Origin: a virus | Lineage: Duplodnaviria; Caudoviricetes | Virus record (IMG/VR): IMGVR_UViG_3300020044_006358 | Span: 1 to 26,055 of that record | Reading direction: 5' to 3' (one strand) | DNA length: 26,055 nt | Shown here: positions 1 through 8,734 of the stretch, piece after piece | How positions within the stretch are numbered: the stretch's first letter is position 1 | How the letters are laid out: each line of letters starts with the position of its first letter | Program-made: the position numbers and the translations under genes | Notes under the pieces: model-generated | What the model was told of the DNA's origin: nothing | Databases searched by the model: none | Seen by the model: only the letters and a program-made list of their open reading frames with translations

Positions 1-394
1 GAGCTTGGGCCATGACCTCAACCGTATTGATATTAAGGTGATTCCGGGTGTCTTGCTGCGCGGGTTAAATCGTGCCTCATTCCATGATCTGCTGTCCCTG
101 CAACGGGATTTCCTGCCCGCTTTTCCACTTCTCGTAGGCGTCCAAATACTTGTTCATCCATGCTTCGGGAAGTCGCCCATTGGAAACGTCCTGCTTCATG
201 TTCAGCTTCCAATCAGCAATCTTGGACTTGAAAATGTCTTTTGAATACGGCGGGGTAATCAGCGCATATTCAACGTCTTTTGCAACGTAATGGCCTGCTT
301 TCAAGCTTGCGGGTTTGTCCTCTACTGCAAGAGACTCAAAACGCACATAAGCCGGACGATCTTCCCTGCCGTTTACATCGCCTACGATATTCAT
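1..394 (-). CDS. N-terminal part of a conserved phage head-module protein, split by an inversion (C-terminal part at 846-1169); degraded near the window edge
   Basis: GGAG RBS before ATG at 394. Protein reads ..WKSGQEIPLQG.. and continues in frame through two stops (QIME*GTI*PAQQDTRNHLNINTVEVMAQA) to base 1, which would lead into the GMGGVELKNKA of the 846 ORF. Confidence 0.7.
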
Positions 395-437
395 TTGCTC
401 TCCTTTGGTTTGTCGGTATGCTCACATGAACATACTG

Positions 438-464
438 AAAAACCCCCCGCCCGAAGGCGAGGGA
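438..464 (-). terminator. Rho-independent terminator after the capsid-associated gene
   Basis: Minus strand TCCCTCGCC-TTCG-GGCGGGGGG-TTTTT: GC stem, UUCG tetraloop, U tract. Confidence 0.85.
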
Positions 465-500
465 TAACACACTGACACGAAAGCTATTGCGTAATAGTTC

Positions 501-848
501 TCATGTCACAGCCATCATACAGGCAGGATTATTGATTACACCAGAACCAAAGCCGGTGTAAGTGCCGGTAAGGGTTACGGTGCCAGTTGCGGTGTTGTTC
601 CGACCACTAGCAGTACCAATTGCAGTACCAACGTAGACGGTATTACCATCCGGGTCAAGAGCGGCAACCACAGTGGCAGAGGCGTTGATGCCAGTGCCAG
701 TAATGGTCATGCCCAAGAACCAGCCATCGTAGCCATCAGCGCAAACGATGCGGTTGGTGTTGGCAAACGTGGTTGCAGTACGGGTACGAGTACCAGTAGC
801 AGCAACACGGTTACGAATACCCGTTACCTGTTTGCCAGTAGCGGAATG
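501..848 (-). CDS. C-terminal fragment of a Thr/Gly-rich virion protein (probable capsid decoration protein), 5' end lost at the inversion junction
   Basis: Only the part from SATGKQVTG to the stop at 501 looks protein-like. The rest of ORF 501..1127 is antisense to the 846 ORF. Followed by a terminator. Confidence 0.6.
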   Translation of the reverse strand, partial: HSATGKQVTGIRNRVAATGTRTRTATTFANTNRIVCADGYDGWFLGMTITGTGINASATVVAALDPDGNTVYVGTAIGTASGRNNTATGTVTLTGTYTGFGSGVINNPACMMAVT

Positions 849-1169
849 GGCGGCGTTGAGTTGAAAAACAAGGCTGCTGGCTGGCTGGCTCAACTGAACG
901 ACAAAGGGCCGCTGACGCAGAAAATCGCTGCTGTAACCACTGAAAACGAGCAACTGAAAAAGAGCGTTGAAAGCCTGCAAAAACAGGTAGAAACGCTGAT
1001 GGAACACGCCCGCAATGGTCAACCCGCAATTCAGGTTGAATCTGTTGGAATCGTTGCTGCTGATATTTTGGACGATGGCGACATTGTTGCTCAATACACA
1101 GAGAAATTCGGGAAACCTCCGCACCATCGGATGAAACCTGAAAACATCGCGGCAGCACTACAGGAGTAA
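846..1169 (+). CDS. C-terminal part of the split head-module protein (GMGG motif, coiled coil, KFGKPPHHRMK tail)
   Basis: No RBS, begins at the junction; stop lies 3 nt before the adaptor gene start. Confidence 0.7.
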   Translation: MGGVELKNKAAGWLAQLNDKGPLTQKIAAVTTENEQLKKSVESLQKQVETLMEHARNGQPAIQVESVGIVAADILDDGDIVAQYTEKFGKPPHHRMKPENIAAALQE

Positions 1170-1172
1170 GTT

Positions 1173-1892
1173 ATGTCGATGACCCTGCTGCAAATCGTTT
1201 CAAACTTCTGTTCTCGTACCGGACTTCCTGTGCCGACTACGGTGTATGGAACGAGTGACCCACAAGTAACCCAAGTTCGCGCCTTGCTAGAGGAAGAAGG
1301 CAACGACTTGGCATCGCGTGGTTCGTGGCAGGGGCTTATCAACGAAGCAAGCCTTACGACTACCGCAACGGAGAGTCAGGGGGCAATGTCCACGATTGCC
1401 AGCAACGGCTTTCGGTACATCCTGAACAACACCATTTGGAGCCGTACCCGTAGGCTTCCGGTATGTGGGCCGCTCGACCCGCGAGAATGGCAGATGCTTA
1501 AAGCCCTTTTCGTCAATGGGCCTTACTACCGTTACCGAATTCGCCAAGATGAAATGCTGGTCAATCCTACCCCGCCTGCTAACGAAGCGTGGTATTTCGA
1601 GTACGTGAGTTTCAACTGGATTCAAGCAACAGGTGGCGGTGCTTACAAGCAGTTTTTTACCGTAGATACGGACGAAGTTCTACTGCCTGATACGCTGCTT
1701 TTGCAGGGTTTGCGGTGGCGCTGGAAGAAAGAAAAGGGCCTGGACTACGCAGAGGACATGCGTACCTATGAGGCACAGCTAAAAGATGCTCTTGGTAGGG
1801 ATGGTGGAAAACGTGTAATTTATCAAGATGGCGGCCCTATGAACGGCCCTAGACCGGGAATTTTCGTGCCAACTGGAAGCTGGAACGTCTAA
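1173..1892 (+). CDS. Head-tail adaptor / tail tubular protein A-like
   Basis: AGGAG RBS; 239 aa; N-terminal MTLLQIV helix and LLLQGLRWRWKKEKGLDYAE helix typical of podoviral adaptors; upstream of the nozzle gene. Confidence 0.75.
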   Translation: MSMTLLQIVSNFCSRTGLPVPTTVYGTSDPQVTQVRALLEEEGNDLASRGSWQGLINEASLTTTATESQGAMSTIASNGFRYILNNTIWSRTRRLPVCGPLDPREWQMLKALFVNGPYYRYRIRQDEMLVNPTPPANEAWYFEYVSFNWIQATGGGAYKQFFTVDTDEVLLPDTLLLQGLRWRWKKEKGLDYAEDMRTYEAQLKDALGRDGGKRVIYQDGGPMNGPRPGIFVPTGSWNV

Positions 1893-2350
1893 TGACAATT
1901 GACGAATTTATTCAAAATACTGAAAAACGCCAGTCCGGTTGTTTGGAATGGGTACGAGGTATTGAAGGTCGCGGGTATGGCATGGCATGGCACGAAGGGA
2001 AACAAATTAAGGCGCATCGTTTGTCTTGGATTTTATTCCTTGGAGAATTGCCAAAATGGAGCGGATACAAATCCGCTGCATGTGTTTTACATTCTTGTGA
2101 TAATCCAAAGTGCGTTAACCCAGATCATTTGTTTCTTGGAACGCAAAGCGAAAACGTGGCAGACCGTAAAGCAAAAGGACGGACTGCTAGACAGTGTGGC
2201 GAAAAGCATGGCATGTCGGTATTGAATGATTTGGCTGTAAATGAGATAAGGAATAGCAATTTACGCGGAGTTGAATTGGCTGGAATTTATAAAGTTAGCC
2301 AAGCAACAATTAGCTTAATAAAAAGCGGTAAACGGTGGGCGCACGCATGA
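1892..2350 (+). CDS. Free-standing HNH homing endonuclease (HNH_3 type, C-terminal HTH)
   Basis: GCLEW..AHRLSW..VLHSCDNPKCVNPDHLFLGT..N motif; C-terminal ELAGIYKVSQATISLIKSGKRW; AT-richer than its neighbours. Confidence 0.9.
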   Translation: MTIDEFIQNTEKRQSGCLEWVRGIEGRGYGMAWHEGKQIKAHRLSWILFLGELPKWSGYKSAACVLHSCDNPKCVNPDHLFLGTQSENVADRKAKGRTARQCGEKHGMSVLNDLAVNEIRNSNLRGVELAGIYKVSQATISLIKSGKRWAHA

Positions 2351-3909
2351 GAACCGCTCTCCGCGCTAAAGCAAACACGCGACAGCAAATATCGCATGTA
2401 AAAACCTACCCCGCTCCGGTGGGTGGGCTAAATGCGCGTGATTCACTGGCAGCAATGGAGCCGCAAGACGCCATTGAGCTTGATAACCTTTACCCGCATG
2501 GTACTTATGTAGAGTTACGAGGGGGTAGTGCTAATCACGCTACAGGAATGACAGGAAACGGCAAGACGTTGGCGGTTTACAACGGCTTGAGCGGCACAAA
2601 TACCATGTGGTGTACGACTGCAAGCGGAACGTACAACGTGAGCAGTGCCGGTGCTGTTGGTGCTTCTGTGGCTGCGAGGACAAACGGCAAACACCAATGG
2701 ATAAATTTTGGTGACGGTACAAACCAATGGCTGATTATGTGCAATGGCGTAGACAAGCCTTTGTACTACGATGGAGCAACTTGGACTGCTGTTGATGGTG
2801 TATCTGTACCCGCTCTTACGGGGATTACGACTACAAACCTTATAGCGCCCATGATTTTCAAGGGTAGGCTGATGTTTGTTGAAAAGAACAGCCTGTCTTT
2901 CTGGTATCTTGCTGCTGGTGCTGCTGGTGGCGCTTTGACTGAATTTGACCTTTCAGGAGTTGCCCAAAAAGGCGGATATTTGATGGCGATTGCCTCAATC
3001 AGCATTGATGCTGGCGATGGCCCGGATGACCGATTTGTAGCAATTACCTCAGAGGGTGAAGTGCTGATTTACGTTGGCACAAACCCATCCTCCTCGACAA
3101 CCTGGGCGTTGGTCGGCGTCTTTACCGTTGGCAAGCCTCTTGGACGTAGGTGCCTGACCAAGTTTGGCGCTGACTTGGTTCTGATTACACAGAACGGTGT
3201 TTTTCCGCTTTCTAGGGCGGTTTTATCGTCTACGATCAACTACAAAACGGCGCTTTCGGACAAGATTCAGAACATATTTAACGAAGATTCCATTGTCTAC
3301 GGTGCCAATTTTGGGTGGGAAGCGATTGTTTATCCGGCTCAGACTGCGCTGATCGTAAATGTGCCAATTGCAGAAGATGGAACGCACCGGCAGTATGTAA
3401 TGAACACGCTTACAAATGCGTGGTGCCGATTTGATTCATGGAATGCCGAAGATTTTGCGGTATTCAATGGCGAACTGTACTTTTGCACAGGAACAACGGT
3501 AGTCAAGGCATGGACAGGAACGGCTGATCTTGGAAGCAATATCGTAGCCTATGGAAAAACAGCGTTTTCGTACTTTGACAATGTTGGACAATCCAAGAAG
3601 TTCAAAATGTTCCGTCCGGTGCTATCGGTAAATGGAAGCATTAACTTCCTGACTGACATTGACGTAGATTTCCAGGACAACATGATTACCGGAACCGCTA
3701 GTTACTCGGTTACAAGCGGGGCAGTATGGAACAGCAGTCTATGGAACCAATCTTTTTGGGCTTCCGGCCTGCAAGTTACAAAAGCATGGACTTCACCGGA
3801 TGAATGGACAGGTTATTGCGCTGCGGGAAAAATCAAGATTACGACCAATTCACTTGTAGTTCAATGGATGAGCGTGGATTACATGTGGGAAAACGGTGGG
3901 GTTCTGTGA
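2347..3909 (+). CDS. Tail nozzle / packaged-DNA stabilisation protein (P22 gp10 / tail tubular B-like)
   Basis: ~520 aa beta-rich protein with N-terminal PAPVGGLNARD and C-terminal KKFKMFRP; ATG at 2347 overlaps the HNH stop (ATGA). Confidence 0.8.
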   Translation: MRTALRAKANTRQQISHVKTYPAPVGGLNARDSLAAMEPQDAIELDNLYPHGTYVELRGGSANHATGMTGNGKTLAVYNGLSGTNTMWCTTASGTYNVSSAGAVGASVAARTNGKHQWINFGDGTNQWLIMCNGVDKPLYYDGATWTAVDGVSVPALTGITTTNLIAPMIFKGRLMFVEKNSLSFWYLAAGAAGGALTEFDLSGVAQKGGYLMAIASISIDAGDGPDDRFVAITSEGEVLIYVGTNPSSSTTWALVGVFTVGKPLGRRCLTKFGADLVLITQNGVFPLSRAVLSSTINYKTALSDKIQNIFNEDSIVYGANFGWEAIVYPAQTALIVNVPIAEDGTHRQYVMNTLTNAWCRFDSWNAEDFAVFNGELYFCTGTTVVKAWTGTADLGSNIVAYGKTAFSYFDNVGQSKKFKMFRPVLSVNGSINFLTDIDVDFQDNMITGTASYSVTSGAVWNSSLWNQSFWASGLQVTKAWTSPDEWTGYCAAGKIKITTNSLVVQWMSVDYMWENGGVL

Positions 3910-4313
3910 ATGGTTTGGTTATTGGTGATAGCGTAGTTGAATGGGTAGCAAAGGCGACTAAATCATCGTTTGTAGACTCTCAGGCAATTGGATGGGCGAG
4001 GGATGGGGAAATCGTTGCAGGAGTCGTTTATACCGATTGGAATGGGCCAAATGTAGTGTGCCATATTGCTTCGGATGGCTCAAAAAGATGGATGACAAAA
4101 AGGTATCTGAAAACCATTTTTGACTACCCATTTACGCAATTGAACTGTGATAGAATTACCGTGTACATTGGCGAAGGGAATAAACCTTCTCTGAACCTTG
4201 TTAAGAAGTTAGGCTTTACGCTGGAAGCAAGGCTTTCAAGTGCCCACCCGACAGGTGACTTGCTTATCCATAGATTATGGAAAAGAGACTGTCGATGGCT
4301 AAAAATCGCCTAA
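3906..4313 (+). CDS. GNAT-fold acetyltransferase-like virion assembly protein
   Basis: IFDYPFTQLNCDRIT..N.PSLNLVKKLGFTLE motif; GTG start overlaps the previous stop; lies between nozzle and ejection genes, as T7 gp13 does. Confidence 0.8.
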   Translation: MNGLVIGDSVVEWVAKATKSSFVDSQAIGWARDGEIVAGVVYTDWNGPNVVCHIASDGSKRWMTKRYLKTIFDYPFTQLNCDRITVYIGEGNKPSLNLVKKLGFTLEARLSSAHPTGDLLIHRLWKRDCRWLKIA

Positions 4314-5206
4314 ATCGTAACGCTGATGATTATTTCCGTGACATTGAATCGCGGATAAAAAACACTTGCTTTGGCAAGGATTCAAGCCCGCCGCCCGCAC
4401 CAGATTACAGTGGTGCCGCTGCCGCGCAGGGCTTGGCTAACAAAGAAGCTGCCTTAGCTTCTTCACGGCTGAATAACCCAAACGTAATCAATCCGAACGG
4501 CACTCAGACTTGGACTGAGGGAGCTACGCCAGAAGCCCGCCCGACAATGACACAAACGTTGTCGCCGGAACAACAGAACCTTTACAACCAATCCATGCAG
4601 ACCAAAGGTTTGCTCGGTGGTTTAGGGATTCAGGGTGCTACGGCACTTCAAGACGTTGTTGGGCAAAACCTAGACTTGTCTGGTGCCCCTGCTGGTGGTG
4701 GAAGTTACGATACTACCCGTAAAAGCGTCTATGACGCGATGATGAGCCGTGCCAACGAGGACTACGGCAAGCAGACTGACGAAGCCAATTCTTCGTTGAT
4801 CGCTGCTGGTATCAGGCCAGGTACGAAGGCTTACGCAGACCGGATGCAGATGATTGAACGCTCCCGCAATGATGCGAAGTCACAGGCTGAAATTGCCGGT
4901 GGAAACGCCGCAAGTCAGGCTTTCAACATGGACACGCAACGCCGGAAAGATGCGATTGCCGAAATGCTGGCGCAACGGCAAACCCCGCTGAACGAGATTA
5001 ACGCTCTGATGAGTCAATCTCAAGTCACAAACCCGTTCGCCATGCCGGGAGCCGCGCAAAACTCCAATATCGCCCCTGCACCTGTATTCGGCGCTGCTCA
5101 GGCTGGTTACGGCGCTCAAGCGAACAATTACAACGCACAGCAAGCACAGCAAAACAGCATGATGAACGGGCTATTTAGCCTCGGCTCTGCATTCATTGGG
5201 GCGTGA
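4295..5206 (+). CDS. DNA ejection/pilot protein 1 (P22 gp7-like)
   Basis: GKDSSPPPAPDY motif, Gln/Ala/Asn-rich helical body, hydrophobic Gly-rich C-terminus (GLFSLGSAFIGA); exact start uncertain. Confidence 0.7.
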   Translation: MAKNRLNRNADDYFRDIESRIKNTCFGKDSSPPPAPDYSGAAAAQGLANKEAALASSRLNNPNVINPNGTQTWTEGATPEARPTMTQTLSPEQQNLYNQSMQTKGLLGGLGIQGATALQDVVGQNLDLSGAPAGGGSYDTTRKSVYDAMMSRANEDYGKQTDEANSSLIAAGIRPGTKAYADRMQMIERSRNDAKSQAEIAGGNAASQAFNMDTQRRKDAIAEMLAQRQTPLNEINALMSQSQVTNPFAMPGAAQNSNIAPAPVFGAAQAGYGAQANNYNAQQAQQNSMMNGLFSLGSAFIGA

Positions 5207-5207
5207 T

Positions 5208-6560
5208 ATGGCAAAAGACTTATATGGCCTTACTGATAGCGGCATAGACCCATCTTTGTACGCAGAACAACGTGGATTAAACAGACAAGAAGCAATCCAA
5301 CGAGCCATGCTGCAACAGGCTATGGCGGCACCTACTGGATTGATTGATGCCGGACAATTCAAAGTAGCCAGATCGCCGCTTGAGGGTGTTGGAAACATTG
5401 CTAAATTGGTCATGGCACAGCGCGGGTTAAATGAAGTTGACAAGAAGTTTGCCGAGTTAGGTTCACGCCAAGCGCAAATGACCGCTGACGAAGTACGCCG
5501 GTATCAGCAAATGAAAGCTGGTACGCCGGAAGTACCCGCGACTCCTGCTGTTACTGATGTAGCGCAGACCAATCAAAGCATGGACACGTTCGACCCGCAA
5601 GCGGCTGTTGCTGGACAAGCTGCCGTTCCAGGCAATGCTAGGGGCGCTATTGAAATGGCGATGCTGTCGCGTAACCCGATGTTGCAAAAGTTGGGTGGAA
5701 TTGACTACGCTGCGATGTTGAAACGAGAGGAGCCGGTAACGCTTCCAGAAGGCGCACAACGTATTGGGCCTGATGGCAAGATCATTGTAGAGAACAAGAA
5801 GGATTTTCGTCCTCCTGTTGCTCCAGACTTCAAAATTGGCGAACTCCGCAAAATGAAGATGGGACGCAATGAGGTTACGCAAGAATATCAAGGTGGTGGC
5901 GTTTGGAAGGAAATCTCCAAAGGCGAACTTGATAAACCAGCTTCCACTACCGTTATCAACCCTCCCGCAATTACGGCGGTAACTTTGCAAGACCCAAATA
6001 ACCCTAATGCGACTATCGTTGTTGATGGTCGTAGCGGTAGAGTTTTGGGTGCAGGGCCGAAATTGACTGAAACTGGAAAGTCAAACTTCAAACAAGCAAC
6101 CACGATGCAGGGTATTGGCTCTGATTTGCAAAAAGCCGAAGATTTGCTTCTTGGGCAAGTACGCGATTCAGAGGGTAACGTAACCAAAGGAAGTCTGCCA
6201 ACTGGTAGCGGAATTGGCTCAGTTGTCGATTCAGCAGCAGGACTTTTTGGAATGTCGCCATCTGGCGCAAAAGAAGCCGATGCGCTCAAAGTTGTGGCCG
6301 GTAAGTTGATTCAGAAAGTGCCTCGCTTTGAAGGCCCGCAGTCTGACAAAGACGTTGCCTTGTACAAGCAAATGGCTGCTGACGCTGGAAACGAAAGAAT
6401 CCCACGCGAACGCCGTGTTGCTGCTGTGCAGAAAATGCGTGAGATTTACTCTGGCTACGAAGATGGCGCTAGAGGACGTTTGGTGCAAGATCAAATTACC
6501 CCAAGTAGGCCGCAAGCCCCTGCTGGCGGCGCATCCGGTGGTTGGTCGGTGGTTAAGTAA
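5208..6560 (+). CDS. DNA ejection / internal virion protein 2
   Basis: ~450 aa helical Ala/Gly/Gln-rich protein with GPQSDKD motif; synteny. Confidence 0.65.
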   Translation: MAKDLYGLTDSGIDPSLYAEQRGLNRQEAIQRAMLQQAMAAPTGLIDAGQFKVARSPLEGVGNIAKLVMAQRGLNEVDKKFAELGSRQAQMTADEVRRYQQMKAGTPEVPATPAVTDVAQTNQSMDTFDPQAAVAGQAAVPGNARGAIEMAMLSRNPMLQKLGGIDYAAMLKREEPVTLPEGAQRIGPDGKIIVENKKDFRPPVAPDFKIGELRKMKMGRNEVTQEYQGGGVWKEISKGELDKPASTTVINPPAITAVTLQDPNNPNATIVVDGRSGRVLGAGPKLTETGKSNFKQATTMQGIGSDLQKAEDLLLGQVRDSEGNVTKGSLPTGSGIGSVVDSAAGLFGMSPSGAKEADALKVVAGKLIQKVPRFEGPQSDKDVALYKQMAADAGNERIPRERRVAAVQKMREIYSGYEDGARGRLVQDQITPSRPQAPAGGASGGWSVVK

Positions 6561-8734
6561 TGGCAGATCAAATCTACAAAGTCAAAGACCCTAGCGGGGC
6601 TGTACGAGAAATTCGTGGGCCTGCTGGCGCTTCTGACGCTGACGTTATCGCTCAAGCGCAAAAACTCTTTGGCTCTGAAAAATCAGCGCCAAAACCTGTT
6701 GCTCCGGTAGAAAACTTCTACCCTGCTGACAAGAGCGTATTTGACTTTCCTGTAGCAAGGGGTGCTGCCAATGTATTAAGTGGCATGACCGGAACTATGC
6801 GCGGGGCAGCTAATTTACTCCCCGGCGATGTTGGAAGCAAGATATGGCCTAAATCTCAAGATGACAGCGGTTTTGAGACTGTTGGAGCCGTTTTAGACCC
6901 TGTTGCATGGGGCATTGGTGGTGCTGTAACTAAGGCTCTCCCATACGCAAAGGTTCTTGGTAGTGGTGTTGTAAATGCCGGAAAAGCCATTGCAAAGAAC
7001 CTGACTGGTGGCGCTGTTGCTGGTGGTGCTGTTTCAGGTTTATCAAGCAGCGGTGACGCGCAACAAACAGGAGAGGGCGCGGCTGCTGGCGCTGTTATCA
7101 ATGCCCTATTGCCTTCCGCTATTTCTGCTGGTGGCAAAACTGCTGCATTTTTAACTGATGCTGTAAGCGGAAACCTTGCAAAGATCAAAGCAGGTAATGT
7201 AGTTAGGCAAGCCGCAGGCGCAGATTTACCGGCAGTCAAGGCGGCGTATGCTGCTGCCGCTCCGGGTGAAACAGCAACGCAAGCCACGGCAGGATTGAAG
7301 CGCGATACGTTGGATGCGCTTGGAAAGTTTGCGTCTACCGCCGATGAAACCAGTTTTTTCAGCCGCCAAGCAGATGCAGAAAAGCAGGCAATGATTGATG
7401 CCATTCGCAAAATTGCCGGTGGTGCGACTCAGACAGAAGCGATTAAGACAGCAAGTAAATCAAAGGATGCGCTAAACCGGATTACTACGCCGATGCGTGA
7501 AACGGTTGGTCATGCTGCTGATACGGCTGGAACGGTTGGCGCTAGACTGCAAAGCGAAGCAGACCGTATGAGCGGGTTTGCTGCTGATAAGGTTGCTGAC
7601 GTTCGACGCCTTGAAGCGGCAGGACAACTTGCAGATGAAAGCGCAAATGCCAGTGGGAAAATGGGCATTGGACAAAGCGTACCTGAGATATACGGTATGC
7701 CAAGAGTTCCAGGAAGATACAGTTATGGCACTGAATTGGCTAAACGCGCAGATGAAGCATCACAAGGCGCGGCAGACGTATCCTTGTTAGGTGGTCAAGC
7801 GGCACGATTTAAGCAAATGCAAGCCGATAGCATTGCCGCATCTGGATTAAAGCCATTAGAAGGTGCGCCGCTTATCCGTGAATTGGACGCAATGATTGCC
7901 AATCCAAAAATCGGCTCTGAGACAATGCAAGAGAAGGTTTTGACCAATGTTCGTAATCGCATGGAGCAATGGACAAAGGAAAACGGAACGATTGATTTTG
8001 ATGCTCTTTACGGCATTCGCAAGAGCGCGGTAAATGACGCAATAGAAACGCTAATGGGCGCTGCTGACCCAAAAGCTAAAGCGACTGCTGCTGCTGGCAT
8101 TCTAAACAAAATCAAACCGTCAATTGACGCTGCTATTACAAAGGCAAGCGGCGGCGGCCCTGAATGGGCAAATTATCTTGCTACTCACTCAGCGGGAATG
8201 AAGGCGATTGACCAACAAAAGATGGGCGCTAAAGCTCTTGGAATGTTGGAAACTAACCCCGCTGGATTTGAAAAACTTGTGTCAGGGAATGACCCTAAAG
8301 CGGTAAGAAAGATATTCGATACTGAGTTTGATATTGCAGCAGCAATGGGCGACAAGATCAAGCCAATGCAGGTTGTATCAGATGCTCTTGCAAGAAATAG
8401 AGGCATTGACGAAGGCGCAAATAGAGGCGGTCAAGCCTTGCGCGGAATCATTGAACAGAACACTCCATCATTCAAACTGATGAATTTGCTTGACCCTCGC
8501 ATTGCCATTATCAACAGGGTTTTAGGTGAAGGTGAAATTCGCGTTGGTGAAGCAATGAAAAAGAACCTGATTGAAGGAATGAAGTCAGGTAGATCAGCAG
8601 AAGAACTAATTAACGCATTGCCGCTATCTGAGAGAAACAAGGTGGTAAAGGCGCTAGTTGATGTGCAGGGCGGTATGTCGCAATACCCAACTAGAGCCGC
8701 AATGGTCGGCAAAACGAATCAAGGAGAACGATAG
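6560..8734 (+). CDS. Large DNA ejection / internal virion protein 3
   Basis: 724 aa, Ala/Gly-rich with membrane-like Gly stretches; start overlaps the previous stop; synteny. Confidence 0.65.
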   Translation: MADQIYKVKDPSGAVREIRGPAGASDADVIAQAQKLFGSEKSAPKPVAPVENFYPADKSVFDFPVARGAANVLSGMTGTMRGAANLLPGDVGSKIWPKSQDDSGFETVGAVLDPVAWGIGGAVTKALPYAKVLGSGVVNAGKAIAKNLTGGAVAGGAVSGLSSSGDAQQTGEGAAAGAVINALLPSAISAGGKTAAFLTDAVSGNLAKIKAGNVVRQAAGADLPAVKAAYAAAAPGETATQATAGLKRDTLDALGKFASTADETSFFSRQADAEKQAMIDAIRKIAGGATQTEAIKTASKSKDALNRITTPMRETVGHAADTAGTVGARLQSEADRMSGFAADKVADVRRLEAAGQLADESANASGKMGIGQSVPEIYGMPRVPGRYSYGTELAKRADEASQGAADVSLLGGQAARFKQMQADSIAASGLKPLEGAPLIRELDAMIANPKIGSETMQEKVLTNVRNRMEQWTKENGTIDFDALYGIRKSAVNDAIETLMGAADPKAKATAAAGILNKIKPSIDAAITKASGGGPEWANYLATHSAGMKAIDQQKMGAKALGMLETNPAGFEKLVSGNDPKAVRKIFDTEFDIAAAMGDKIKPMQVVSDALARNRGIDEGANRGGQALRGIIEQNTPSFKLMNLLDPRIAIINRVLGEGEIRVGEAMKKNLIEGMKSGRSAEELINALPLSERNKVVKALVDVQGGMSQYPTRAAMVGKTNQGER

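Noticed and set aside
1-80. In-frame TGA and TAA as evidence of stop-codon recoding
   Set aside because: All other genes end normally at TGA/TAA/TAG; the stops cluster at a degraded contig end.
849-1127. N-terminal half of ORF 501..1127 (-)
   Set aside because: It is the antisense of the 846 gene, fused in frame by the inversion junction.
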